From NCBI GenBank assembly GCA_958422985.1, contig CATZPY010000004.1:1-61820 (forward strand): a DNA stretch of 61,820 bases. The letters run 5' to 3'. Each line of letters opens with the position of its first letter. The stretch's first letter is position 1. Shown piece after piece: positions 19,149-29,104 of this stretch. The notes beneath the pieces were generated by a model. That model was not told where the DNA came from and made no database searches. It saw only the letters and a program-made list of their open reading frames with translations. This DNA is from an uncultured Clostridium sp. (GTDB lineage Bacteria > Bacillota > Clostridia > TANB77 > CAG-508). The position numbers and the translations under genes are program-made.

Positions 19149-19811
19149 CTAATCTTTTGCTATTGTTAGTATTCCTACTTTTTTTGCTTTATGTTCTTTA
19201 AGTATTCTGCTACATTCGTTTGTTGTACTTCCTGTTGTAAAAACATCATCAAATATTAATATCTTTTTATCTTCTATTTTATTTTCTTTACTAATTATCT
19301 CATACACACCTTTTATATTATCTTTTCTTTCTGCTTTATTTAAAATACTTTGTGGTTTTATATTTTCCGTTTTTCTAATTATATTATTTTCTATTATTAT
19401 ATTTTTTTCTAATTTAGAAAGTTCTTTTAGAATTAAATATACTTGGTTGTATCCTCTTTCTCTATACCTATACTTATGTAATGGTACTGGCATTATATAG
19501 TCATATTTTTTTATATATTGCATAATTTTTTTATTTGTATATATTATTTGCGCAAAAAATTTATATAAGTATGCATAGTCTTTAAACTTATATTTTCTTA
19601 TTCTATCTTTAATTATTCCATTATATTTACATATATGCATATGTTCATCATAAAAAATTCCTTTTCTGTCTAAAAAACATTTTCTGTTTGGATAAATTGT
19701 GTATTCTAGCTTTATTTTGCATCTATTACATATTATTTCATCACAAATTTTGTCACATATAGCACAAGTTTGTGGAAAAAATAAATTGGAAGCTATATTA
19801 AAAAAATTCAT
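19149..19811 (-). CDS. comFC: ComF family protein (ComFC-like phosphoribosyltransferase-domain protein)
   Basis: N-terminal CxxC...CxxC zinc finger, and C-terminal ILIFDDVFTTGST PRTase motif. I place the start at the ATG at 19811, preceded by AAGGAGAAAAAA. The 19883 start lacks an RBS. Confidence 0.8.
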   Translation of the reverse strand: MNFFNIASNLFFPQTCAICDKICDEIICNRCKIKLEYTIYPNRKCFLDRKGIFYDEHMHICKYNGIIKDRIRKYKFKDYAYLYKFFAQIIYTNKKIMQYIKKYDYIMPVPLHKYRYRERGYNQVYLILKELSKLEKNIIIENNIIRKTENIKPQSILNKAERKDNIKGVYEIISKENKIEDKKILIFDDVFTTGSTTNECSRILKEHKAKKVGILTIAKD

Positions 19812-19896
19812 TTTTTTCTCCTTACAGCCCCCAATTTTAATTAATCTGTTTTTAGTAATTTTATGTCTTGTAATTCCTAACATAAAATTATATTCA

Positions 19897-22116
19897 TTAT
19901 ATCATTTTAAGTTTATATTCTAAGCCTGTATTTCTTATTTTAGTGTCTGCATTTTGTATCATAAATTTTACTACATTGTCATTTCCAATTAATATTAACA
20001 ATTTTTTAGCTCTTGTTAAACCTGTATATAGTAAATTTCTTGTAAGTAGCATTGCTGAAGATTGTGTTACAACTACTATTACAACATCAAACTCGCTCCC
20101 TTGTGCTTTGTGCACTGTTATAGCATATGCATGTTCTATTTGGTCCATATCCGAAAATGCATACCATGCTTCTTTTTCATCATCAAATAATATCTTTATT
20201 TGTTTGTTTATAAAATCTATTTTTACTATTTTTCCAATTTCACCATTAAATATACCTGTACCAGTTTCATAGTTTAAACTAAGAGTATTTCCTTTCTCCC
20301 AATATATGTCGTAATTATTTTTAACTTGCATTACTCTATCGCCTTCTCTAAAAATTATATCTCCAACCTTTTTTTCGTTTTTCTTATCGTCTGATGGATT
20401 TAGCTCTTCTTGTAACTTTTTATTTAATTCTTTCGTTCCTAAGATTCCCTTTTTAGTTGGTGATAAAATTTGAATATTTTCGAAAAAATTATAATTTCCA
20501 AAATTCTCTAATCTTCCTTTGCATAAAGAAATTAACTGTACAAGCATTGCCTCTTGACTTTTTTCTTTTATATAAAAGAAATCATCTTTTAAATCTGTTT
20601 GTTCTTCTTTTTCTAAAAAATATTCTCCATCATTTACTCTATGCGAATTAACAATTATTTTACTTTGTGCTGCTTGCCTAAAAATCTCATCTAAAAATAT
20701 AGTCTTTATCCTTTCTGAATTTATAATATCTTTTAGAACACTACCTGGTCCAACAGATGGTAATTGGTCTGTATCTCCTACTAATATAAGTTTAGTTCCC
20801 TGATATATTCCATTTAACAAATAATTCATTAAATAAATATCTACCATTGATGCTTCGTCTACTATTATTATATCTGCATCTATTGGTGCTACTTCGTAGT
20901 TCATAATTGTAAACTCGTTTTCTTTTTCTATTTTTCCTATTTCTAATAATCTATGTAAAGTTTTTGCCTCTTCACCTGTCATTTCTGTCATTCTTTTGGC
21001 TGCTCGTCCAGTTGGCGCACATAGTACAACTTTTTTTCCATGAGTTTTATAAATTTCTATCACATTCTTTATAATAGTCGTTTTTCCAGTTCCTGGACCT
21101 CCTGTTATTATTACAACATTGTTAGAGTTTACCGCTTGTATCGCTTCTTTTTGTTTTGAAGACAGTTTTATATTTCCTACTTTTTCTATTTTTTCTAATT
21201 CCTCGTTAAAACCAGATATCTTTTTTATATTTTTTGCAGAATCCAACACAATTAATTTACTTGCAATATTAGCTTCTGCCTCATATAATTCTTTACTATA
21301 AACCCAATTCTCTTCTTCTCTTTTTTCTATAACAATTTCTTCTTTTACATTTAAATCTATTAGGCAATGTTCTATATCATCTTCTTCTACTTTTAAAAGA
21401 TCTTTAACATATTTTATTAAATTTTCTTTTAATGTACAACAATGTCCATTATATGTAATTTTTAATAAGCTATATTTTATTCCACATTTAATTCTTTTGT
21501 AGTTATTTATGTCAAATCCATTTTCTAATGCATATTTATCTAGTTTAGCGAAATCTACTCCTTTTACTAAATCTATTAATATATATGGATTTTCTTCTAT
21601 TTCTTCTATTGTTTGTGTTCCTAGTTTTTTGAATATGTTTTTTGCATTTGCAGGACTTATTCCAAAGTTATCTAAAAAACCAACAATTTGCCAAAGTTCC
21701 CAGTTTTCTACAAAACATTGCGCCATTTCTATTGCTTTATCCTTAGTGATGCCTTTTATTTGTGTTAATTTTTCTGGTTCGAATTTAAATACATTTATAG
21801 TATCTTCGCCAAACAATTTTACTATCTTTTTTGCAGTTGCTGGTCCAATTCCTTTAATTGTACCATTTGATAAATATTTTTCTAATGACTCTAATGTTTT
21901 CGGCATTATTTTTTCGAATGTTTCTACTTTAAATTGCATGCCATATTCTTTATGTGTAACAAAATTACCAATTACTTTTATGTAATCTCCTTCTACTAGA
22001 AATGGCATATATCCTACTATTGTAATTGTATCCTCTTCTGTTTCTAATATTCCTATTAAATAGCTATTGACTTCATTTTGATATATTATTTCTGTTAATT
22101 GTCCTGTAAGTTCCAC
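19897..22116 (-). CDS. recD2: RecD2-type SF1B ATP-dependent DNA helicase
   Basis: 739 aa. Walker A GGPGTGKTT, DEASMVD, helix-hairpin-helix N-terminal region, and C-terminal TVHKAQGSEF. Confidence 0.9.
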   Translation of the reverse strand: MELTGQLTEIIYQNEVNSYLIGILETEEDTITIVGYMPFLVEGDYIKVIGNFVTHKEYGMQFKVETFEKIMPKTLESLEKYLSNGTIKGIGPATAKKIVKLFGEDTINVFKFEPEKLTQIKGITKDKAIEMAQCFVENWELWQIVGFLDNFGISPANAKNIFKKLGTQTIEEIEENPYILIDLVKGVDFAKLDKYALENGFDINNYKRIKCGIKYSLLKITYNGHCCTLKENLIKYVKDLLKVEEDDIEHCLIDLNVKEEIVIEKREEENWVYSKELYEAEANIASKLIVLDSAKNIKKISGFNEELEKIEKVGNIKLSSKQKEAIQAVNSNNVVIITGGPGTGKTTIIKNVIEIYKTHGKKVVLCAPTGRAAKRMTEMTGEEAKTLHRLLEIGKIEKENEFTIMNYEVAPIDADIIIVDEASMVDIYLMNYLLNGIYQGTKLILVGDTDQLPSVGPGSVLKDIINSERIKTIFLDEIFRQAAQSKIIVNSHRVNDGEYFLEKEEQTDLKDDFFYIKEKSQEAMLVQLISLCKGRLENFGNYNFFENIQILSPTKKGILGTKELNKKLQEELNPSDDKKNEKKVGDIIFREGDRVMQVKNNYDIYWEKGNTLSLNYETGTGIFNGEIGKIVKIDFINKQIKILFDDEKEAWYAFSDMDQIEHAYAITVHKAQGSEFDVVIVVVTQSSAMLLTRNLLYTGLTRAKKLLILIGNDNVVKFMIQNADTKIRNTGLEYKLKMI

Positions 22117-22193
22117 TTTTTCCCTCTTTTCTATAGTTTAAATTAAAACTAATAATGTAACAATTTTATCACATTAGTAAAATATTAACAAAT

Positions 22194-22544
22194 TTATTTA
22201 GAAATTTCGTCCATTATTTCTTTACATTCATTCCATTCTGAAGCTTTTATAAAATTATAATCTTTCGACAATTTAGAAATTATTTTATATGTATCATCAC
22301 TCGAGTCTAAGTCTACCATTATTATTCCTTTGCTTAATTCTTCTTTTCCATATAGTAATTTACAAATTAAATTTCTCGTAAAACATTCTATCTTTTCTTC
22401 TTGATTTTTTGCCGCTATTATTACATATATTCCATCTTGTTTAAATTTTGTACATGAAAAATAATATCTTATTGCTTTCGCAATCTCTATTAAACCATAT
22501 AACGCAAGTGTCCATAATATTGCATTTGTTATAAATTCCTGCAT
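22194..22544 (-). CDS. Hypothetical small membrane-anchored protein
   Basis: 116 aa with one N-terminal TM segment. I recognise no motif. Confidence 0.45.
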   Translation of the reverse strand: MQEFITNAILWTLALYGLIEIAKAIRYYFSCTKFKQDGIYVIIAAKNQEEKIECFTRNLICKLLYGKEELSKGIIMVDLDSSDDTYKIISKLSKDYNFIKASEWNECKEIMDEISK

Positions 22545-22601
22545 AATATCACCTTCTTATATATTATATGATTTTTTTATGTAATTGTGCTAATCAAAAA
22601 A

Positions 22602-22626
22602 AGCACTCTGTAAAAAACAAAGTGCT
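22602..22626 (-). terminator. Intrinsic terminator of mreB
   Basis: Minus strand AGCACUUUG-loop-CAGAGUGCU, followed by U7. Confidence 0.6.
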
Positions 22627-22677
22627 ACTATATATAAATGAAGAGGGCTATTCTTCTAAATTATATTTTTAATTTTA

Positions 22678-23682
22678 TTATTTTCTTGTTTTACCATCTA
22701 GTGCATCAAGATTATCTAATGCTTTACCTGTTCCTAATGCTACACAAGAAATAGCGTCTTCTGCTATCATTACATTGATTCCTGTTTTTTCTTGTAATAA
22801 CTTGTCTAGTCCATCTACTAAGCAACCTCCACCTGTCATGTATATTCCTCTGTCGCTAATGTCTGATGCAAGTTCTGGTGGTGTTTTTTCTAGTACAGAA
22901 TGTACTGCATCTACTATCATCATTGCTGGTTCTATTAAAGCTTCTAACATTTCACTAGAATATACTGTAACTGTTCTTGGTAATCCTGTTGATAAATCTC
23001 TTCCTCTTATATCCATCTCTACATCTTGTATTTTTGGATATACACATCCTATATTTATTTTTAGGTCTTCTGCTGTTCTTTCACCTATCATTATATTATG
23101 TTTTCTTTTTATATATCTTACTATTGCTTCATCTAGTTTATCTCCTGCTACTTTTAAAGATGTACTTACAACAGATCCTCCCAAAGAAATTACAGCAACA
23201 TCTGTTGTTCCTCCACCAATGTCTACAATCATATTACCATATGGTTTAGATATATCTATTCCTGCACCAATTGCTGCTGCTATTGGCTCTTCTATTAAAT
23301 ACACTTTACGAGCTCCTGCTTGTGATGCTGCATCTATTACTGCTCTTTTTTCTACTTCAGTTACTTGAGAAGGTATACATATCATAATTCTTGGGGCAAA
23401 TATAAACTTTCCACACACTTTATTTATAAAATATTTTAACATTTTTTCTGTTACTGTATAATCTGATATTACTCCATCTCTTAATGGTCTAGTGGCCACG
23501 ATATTTCCTGGAGTTCTTCCTAACATTCTTCTCGCTTCTTGACCCACAGCAAGAACATCTCCAGAAATTTTATCTACAGCAACAACTGCAGGCTCTCTTA
23601 AAACTATACCTTTGCCTTTTACATATGCAATTACTGTGGCTGTACCCAAATCTATTCCTATATCTTGACCAAAACCAAACAT
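22678..23682 (-). CDS. mreB: Rod shape-determining protein MreB/Mbl (actin-like ATPase)
   Basis: 334 aa. DLGTATV, IVDIGGGTTD and MTGGG motifs. Confidence 0.92.
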   Translation of the reverse strand: MFGFGQDIGIDLGTATVIAYVKGKGIVLREPAVVAVDKISGDVLAVGQEARRMLGRTPGNIVATRPLRDGVISDYTVTEKMLKYFINKVCGKFIFAPRIMICIPSQVTEVEKRAVIDAASQAGARKVYLIEEPIAAAIGAGIDISKPYGNMIVDIGGGTTDVAVISLGGSVVSTSLKVAGDKLDEAIVRYIKRKHNIMIGERTAEDLKINIGCVYPKIQDVEMDIRGRDLSTGLPRTVTVYSSEMLEALIEPAMMIVDAVHSVLEKTPPELASDISDRGIYMTGGGCLVDGLDKLLQEKTGINVMIAEDAISCVALGTGKALDNLDALDGKTRK

Positions 23683-23850
23683 TCATATTCTCCTTTTCTT
23701 TTATTATTACAAGTCTGTTACGATTATATTACAAAAAATTAAAAATAGCAATAAAAATATTTATATATTTTAAATATTTTTATTGCTTAAATTATATTAC
23801 AATTTTATCTGTAAAATTTCAAGTATTTTTTATAATTTTAACATATTTAT

Positions 23851-24390
23851 TTAAAAAGGAAATATTCCAAATAAATATCCTACTGGCATATAATAAATTA
23901 CAATTAATCCTCCTACTACAAGAGCTAATTTTTCTGTTTGTGTAAGTTCTATATCCATTGGATTTAGCAAGTAATCTGGTGCTGTATCAGACATAGAAAT
24001 TTCTATTCTTTCTGTTCCCTCACATTTATATTTTATCGTAAAATATTGGCTTTCATTTGGCTCTAATTTAAATATTTTTGCATAACCAGTATTTATATTA
24101 TTTTCATATTCTGAATAACAATCTAGCTTTATATATTTATTTTCTATAGTGCTTCCTGTTGTATTTGTTATATTTCCATATATGTATCCATTTGCATTTG
24201 TAGCTTTCGAATCTATTATTTCTATTTTTGGATTTTCGAATAATACTTTACATTCTTTCGGTTTATACATTGATATTATTAATAGTTTTGAAAGTATAGA
24301 AACTAAAATAAATACTCCTACTAATGCTAATGCATATTTAAGGTATGTTTTAAATTTATCCATTTTTTGCTCCTTTTTATTTTTTTCCAT
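23851..24390 (-). CDS. Hypothetical membrane protein (N- and C-terminal TM segments with a beta-rich middle domain)
   Basis: 179 aa; family not recognised. It is the last gene of the 26099->23851 operon. Confidence 0.5.
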   Translation of the reverse strand: MEKNKKEQKMDKFKTYLKYALALVGVFILVSILSKLLIISMYKPKECKVLFENPKIEIIDSKATNANGYIYGNITNTTGSTIENKYIKLDCYSEYENNINTGYAKIFKLEPNESQYFTIKYKCEGTERIEISMSDTAPDYLLNPMDIELTQTEKLALVVGGLIVIYYMPVGYLFGIFPF

Positions 24391-24429
24391 TATATTATAT
24401 ATCAGTATACATAAATTGTAAATATAATA

Positions 24430-24801
24430 TTATATAAATTCTCCTGTCGTATCCAACATATATTCATATATAGAATCTATTGTACCTGCAAAATATTCTA
24501 TATCATCATTATTAATATTTTCTTCTTCTATTTGATTATACTCTGCATTTATAGCTATCATTTCATTAAATAATCTTTCATCTTTTTCTTTATAAATATT
24601 TATTATGTTTACAACTGTTGATTGCTCTATTTTTATATCATATTTATGTTTTATATATTTTATATTTATATATTCTAGAATTGTTGCTAATTTAAAATAA
24701 GCTTCTTTATGTTTTCCTTTTTTAATTAATTCTTTTATTATCATTATTTTTTCTTTTAAATAATGATTAGTTTCTAGTTTTCTTGTAACTTCTTCTTCCA
24801 T
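24430..24801 (-). CDS. Hypothetical protein (helical, acidic C-terminus)
   Basis: 123 aa. Its ATG overlaps the upstream stop (TAATG) at 24801. Confidence 0.5.
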   Translation of the reverse strand: MEEEVTRKLETNHYLKEKIMIIKELIKKGKHKEAYFKLATILEYINIKYIKHKYDIKIEQSTVVNIINIYKEKDERLFNEMIAINAEYNQIEEENINNDDIEYFAGTIDSIYEYMLDTTGEFI

Positions 24802-25838
24802 TATCTTTCATTCCCTTCATTTTTTCTATGTATAATATCTATTTCTTCTTTTCTTAGTCCTGCTTTTACAGCAATTTCATGAGCTTCTTTCTTAGATCTT
24901 AATTTTTTTAACGCTTCTATTAGCTCTTCCGTACTTTTCGATAAAAAGCTTTCTTGGTATTGTGAAGTTCTATCTGATAATAAAACATTTTCCGTTTGAT
25001 ATATAGGATATGTATATTCATGTTTAGATAATGAAGTTATTAATTCTGGTGCATATATATGTACAGACATCTGACCAAAACAAGGGATATCTATAACAAA
25101 TAAATTTTCTTCTTTTTTGTTTTTGCTGTTTCGTATTTTTGCTAATCCAAATGATTGGTCTTCATCTTCTTTAAGAAGATCTATACTTTCTGCAATTGCT
25201 TCATCTTTTATTGCCATATTATCTATATAACTTTTAGCTAATACATCATATCCTTTTCTTCTTAATTTTGCTATTTGATCATTTTCAATTCCTTTTTTTG
25301 CCAATTGTATTTTAGCAATTTTAGTAGCTTTATTATTCATATTTTTCTCTGCTATAAAATATCTGTGTAATGATAATGCTATATTATTTATTTCACTTTC
25401 GTTAAAATCATACATTAAAGTTTCGAATTCTTCGTTTTCTGCGTTTTCTTCTGCAATCATATCACTTAACATCTTTTTTTGTGTAGTTCTGCAAACATGT
25501 GCTATTTTATTTGCATAAAATATCTCTAGTGCTTTCTCTGTTACAGGAATGCCTTCTGCGGCTTCGATTACATCATGCAAAGAAAATCCTTCGCCTAACT
25601 TAATTTGTTTATTCTTTGGCTTTCTGCTTTCAAGTTTTTCAAAGTCTGCTTTATATGTATTATTTATTGTTTCGATTGTTTCTGCAATAAGACCTAGTCT
25701 AGTTATATTATTTAAAGAAAGATAATTAGGTAGTTCGAATTTATGTCCTTCACTTTTAAAATATTCTACTATTCTATTACTTTGCCTCATTCTATGCTCT
25801 CTATCTAATTTTCTTATATCTATTCCCATATACATCAC
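24801..25838 (-). CDS. Hypothetical protein; family not recognised
   Basis: 345 aa. The ORF-track start at 25838 is a GTG. An ATG at 25829 (MGIDIRKL) has better spacing from the AAAGGTGA RBS. Confidence 0.55.
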   Translation of the reverse strand: MMYMGIDIRKLDREHRMRQSNRIVEYFKSEGHKFELPNYLSLNNITRLGLIAETIETINNTYKADFEKLESRKPKNKQIKLGEGFSLHDVIEAAEGIPVTEKALEIFYANKIAHVCRTTQKKMLSDMIAEENAENEEFETLMYDFNESEINNIALSLHRYFIAEKNMNNKATKIAKIQLAKKGIENDQIAKLRRKGYDVLAKSYIDNMAIKDEAIAESIDLLKEDEDQSFGLAKIRNSKNKKEENLFVIDIPCFGQMSVHIYAPELITSLSKHEYTYPIYQTENVLLSDRTSQYQESFLSKSTEELIEALKKLRSKKEAHEIAVKAGLRKEEIDIIHRKNEGNER

Positions 25839-25865
25839 CTTTTATATAAATTGAGGCAGGTCTTT

Positions 25866-26099
25866 TCATCCCCGCCCCTCTACTAATTCTTTAACTTGAT
25901 CTCGATATGCTTTTAGCATATCAAGAGTCTCTGGCGAATCACCATCTTCTAATAAGTCATGTACCGCTGAGGTAATACTCATTAGTTTTGCTTCGATAGC
26001 AATTTTTTTTGCAGAATTAGTTCCTTTTGGAGGAGTCTTCATAAAGTCTTCAATCATAGACCTTATTTCTGACACCATGCTGTTTTTTCCATTCCCCAT
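25866..26099 (-). CDS. Hypothetical small protein
   Basis: 77 aa. A GGAGGAAATACATATG RBS and start are present. Its 3' end is unusually GC-rich (GAGGGGCGGGGATGA) and carries an in-frame CGG as the penultimate codon. Confidence 0.45.
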   Translation of the reverse strand: MGNGKNSMVSEIRSMIEDFMKTPPKGTNSAKKIAIEAKLMSITSAVHDLLEDGDSPETLDMLKAYRDQVKELVEGRG

Positions 26100-26194
26100 A
26101 TGTATTTCCTCCTAATGTATATATTATACTATTACCTCTTCTATTATAACACATTTTTCTATTTATGTAAATTTATATGTAAAAAAGTGTGTAA

Positions 26195-26256
26195 GCTTTT
26201 AGAATTAATTCTCTAATACAGAAATTTTTCCTTCTAAGATCAATTCCCTAATATAG
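26195..26256 (-). repeat. Partial or rearranged copy (copy 4) of the dispersed intergenic element, family 1
   Basis: TTAATTCTCTAATACAGAAATTTTTCCTTCT matches about 27 of 31 positions of ATAATTCTCTAGTACAGAAATTTCTCCTACT in copy 2. Confidence 0.5.
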
Positions 26257-26263
26257 AAAAAAA

Positions 26264-26312
26264 AAGAGTTTCTCCTTTTTCCACTTAAATAAATGTAAAA
26301 GTTGAAACTCTT
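26264..26312 (-). terminator. Probable pyk terminator
   Basis: AAGAGTTTC / GAAACTCTT stem with a long loop, followed on the minus strand by T9. Confidence 0.5.
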
Positions 26313-26326
26313 TTAATATTTAGAAA

Positions 26327-27781
26327 TTATATTTTTAATATTCCTCCAACTGTTTTGTTAACAGCATATTTTGATTTTTCTTTGCTCATTATTTGTGGTC
26401 CTCCACATAAAACAGCTGTATCTCCTTCTTCTAAATCTCCTAATTCTATCAATTTTGCTACACCTTTTTCAATTGTGTCATCTATATCTTCTCCGTCTTC
26501 TACTAAAACTGGGTATACATTCCATACTGGACCTAATTGATTGTATACTTTTTCTGAATCTGTTATAGCAAATATTGGGCAAGCTGCTCCATAACCTGCT
26601 AATCTTCTTGCAGAATTTCCTGTATGTGTATAATCTATTATAGCGTCTGCTTTAATATCTCTTGCTGTAACACATGTTGTATATGCTGCATGAGATTCGA
26701 TATCTGCTTCTGAAACATTCCAATCTTTTTTAGAAAATCTCTTCCAGTAATTTATTGTAGGTTCTACACTTTTTGCAACTTTTACCATTGCATTAACACA
26801 ATCTAAAGGATAATCTCCCATAGCTGTTTCACCAGAAAGCATTATACAACTTGTACGATCGTAAATAGCGTTTGCAACGTCACTTACTTCTGCTCTTGTT
26901 GGTAATGGATTGTTTGTCATACTTTCTAACATTTGTGTAGCTGTTATTACTAATTTTCCTTCTTCGTTACATCTTTTTATAAATCTTTTTTGTACAACTG
27001 GAACTTGTTCGAATGGAACTTCTACAGCCATATCACCACGAGCTACCATGATACCATCACAAGCTGCTAAAATTTCTTCGAAGTTATCGATTCCTTCTTG
27101 GTTTTCGATTTTTGCTAAGATTTTAACATTTTCTCCACCGTTATCATCTAATACTTTACGCATTTCTGCTATATCTTCTTTTGTTCTTACAAAAGATGCA
27201 GCAACATAGTCAAATCCTACTTTTGCTCCATTTGATAAGTCATTTATATCTTTAGGACTTAAGAATGGTATTTTTACAGAAACACCTGGTACATTTATAC
27301 TTTTTCTTGAACCAGCTCCTCCACCATTTAATACTGTTCCTACGATATCTTTTCCTACTATTTCATCTACTCTTACTTGAATTTTTCCGTCATCAATTAA
27401 AATTAAGTTTCCTGGTTTTACATCTTTATATAAGTCTTTGTAAGATAAAGATGTTCCTTCTTCATCTCCTAATCTATCTTCATAGAAGAATGTATATTTT
27501 TGTCCTTCTTTTAATTCTACTTTTACATCTCTTCCTACTTTGTTTAATGCAGTTCTTATTTCTGGTCCTTTTGTATCTAACATTACAGAAACTGGTAGAC
27601 CTAATTCTTTTCTTATTTCAAAAAATCTTGCTATTTTGTCTTTTTGTTCCTCATAATCTCCATGAGAAAAATTAATTCTTGCAATAGACATTCCAGCTTT
27701 CATTAATTCATCCATTCTATTTTCTACTGCTGGTCCTATTGTACATACAATATTTGTTTTTCTTAAATTTCTTTCTTTCAA
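26327..27781 (-). CDS. pyk: Pyruvate kinase
   Basis: 484 aa. TKIVCTIGP, MLDTKGPEIR, MVARGDMAVE and ATQMLESM motifs. Confidence 0.93.
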   Translation of the reverse strand: MKERNLRKTNIVCTIGPAVENRMDELMKAGMSIARINFSHGDYEEQKDKIARFFEIRKELGLPVSVMLDTKGPEIRTALNKVGRDVKVELKEGQKYTFFYEDRLGDEEGTSLSYKDLYKDVKPGNLILIDDGKIQVRVDEIVGKDIVGTVLNGGGAGSRKSINVPGVSVKIPFLSPKDINDLSNGAKVGFDYVAASFVRTKEDIAEMRKVLDDNGGENVKILAKIENQEGIDNFEEILAACDGIMVARGDMAVEVPFEQVPVVQKRFIKRCNEEGKLVITATQMLESMTNNPLPTRAEVSDVANAIYDRTSCIMLSGETAMGDYPLDCVNAMVKVAKSVEPTINYWKRFSKKDWNVSEADIESHAAYTTCVTARDIKADAIIDYTHTGNSARRLAGYGAACPIFAITDSEKVYNQLGPVWNVYPVLVEDGEDIDDTIEKGVAKLIELGDLEEGDTAVLCGGPQIMSKEKSKYAVNKTVGGILKI

Positions 27782-27864
27782 AATAATTACCTCCTAGAAT
27801 TGACACTAGGTAGTATTATATCATATATTTTTTTCCTTAACAATACATTTTTCTACATTTTTTA

Positions 27865-28962
27865 TTATTTTAGTGCTTCATCCATAACCTTACTTAAATA
27901 CTTCATGCTATTTAAACATTGCTCCATTGTGTTTCCTGTAGCACCTATTTCCATTATTGTCGCTGCTTTTGCTACATGTTGATTGTATCTTGAATTTCTT
28001 ACCATTATTGGTTTAAACAAACCTGGATATAGTTCATTTCCTTTTTGAACAATTTTTATAGCAAACTTTAAATTCTGAACCCATTCTTTATGTGCAAGTC
28101 CACCTCCATCTGTTCCTATTACAAACATTATTTGTGCTACATAATCATCTCCTATTTTTACAGTTGGAGCATATTTGCCACCTTCTCCCACTGCATCTCT
28201 ATGTAAATCTATAACAATCTGCGTGTTTGGATTTGCTACTAAATCATTTTTTATACTAGTAAGTGATCTATTGTATGATCCACTATATGCAGGATAATCA
28301 TGATATGTTTCATTATGTACTACATTAAAGCCATAATTTGTTAGCATATTCTTTAATTCTCTACCAACTCTAACAACAGAAAAATTTAAATCTGTTGTTC
28401 TAAAATTACCACTTGGCGTATATTCAAAACCTGCACTTTGTGTATAACTTTCACAAGTATGTGTATGATAAATAATAATATCTTTTTTATTTTCTAAATT
28501 TATATTTGGTGTTAACATATCTTCTGTTAATTCATATTTAGACTCGTTTTTTATCTGAACACCGTTGTATTCATTTGTATATTTATTGTTTATATTTCCT
28601 CCAGATATGATTTCTGTTCCTACTCCTGTTTTAGCCTCTTCTATTTTTTCTTCTTCTTTTGTTATTTCTACTTCGTTATTTTCCGGCTCTTCTTTTAATA
28701 TTTCTTTTTCTTTTATATATTTACTCATTTGCAATTCTGAAGCTAATATTTTCTCTGTATTATCCCTATCCATACTTTTAAATTCTTTTAATGATTTTCC
28801 ATTTGCTAAGATTATTGTATCTTCTATTAACGGCACTAATGATACTTCTTTTATTTTGTTTTTTCCAACTACTATTATTGTAATAAGAATCATTAATAAA
28901 AATGCTATCATTCCAAAGGATATAATAGCATTTTTTGCTTTTATTACTTTTACATTCACCAT
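27865..28962 (-). CDS. spoIIP: Stage II sporulation protein P (SpoIIP amidase/endopeptidase)
   Basis: 365 aa. N-terminal TM segment, IIIYHTHTCESY, DLHRDA and a C-terminal pattern typical of SpoIIP. Confidence 0.85.
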   Translation of the reverse strand: MVNVKVIKAKNAIISFGMIAFLLMILITIIVVGKNKIKEVSLVPLIEDTIILANGKSLKEFKSMDRDNTEKILASELQMSKYIKEKEILKEEPENNEVEITKEEEKIEEAKTGVGTEIISGGNINNKYTNEYNGVQIKNESKYELTEDMLTPNINLENKKDIIIYHTHTCESYTQSAGFEYTPSGNFRTTDLNFSVVRVGRELKNMLTNYGFNVVHNETYHDYPAYSGSYNRSLTSIKNDLVANPNTQIVIDLHRDAVGEGGKYAPTVKIGDDYVAQIMFVIGTDGGGLAHKEWVQNLKFAIKIVQKGNELYPGLFKPIMVRNSRYNQHVAKAATIMEIGATGNTMEQCLNSMKYLSKVMDEALK

Positions 28963-29104
28963 AAATTCTTTTCACCCTTGTATATATATATAATTAATAT
29001 ATATTCCACTCACTTAAGAAATATGACAAATCTTACATAATATTTTTATTAAATTTTTTTACTATAAAGCATTTCTTACTACATACGAAAAATAACAATG
29101 TGAA

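Noticed and set aside
28778-28975. 65-aa minus-strand ORF inside spoIIP, in another frame.
   Set aside because: It is an alternative frame of the spoIIP N-terminal region, and its N/S/Y/K-rich sequence is low-complexity.
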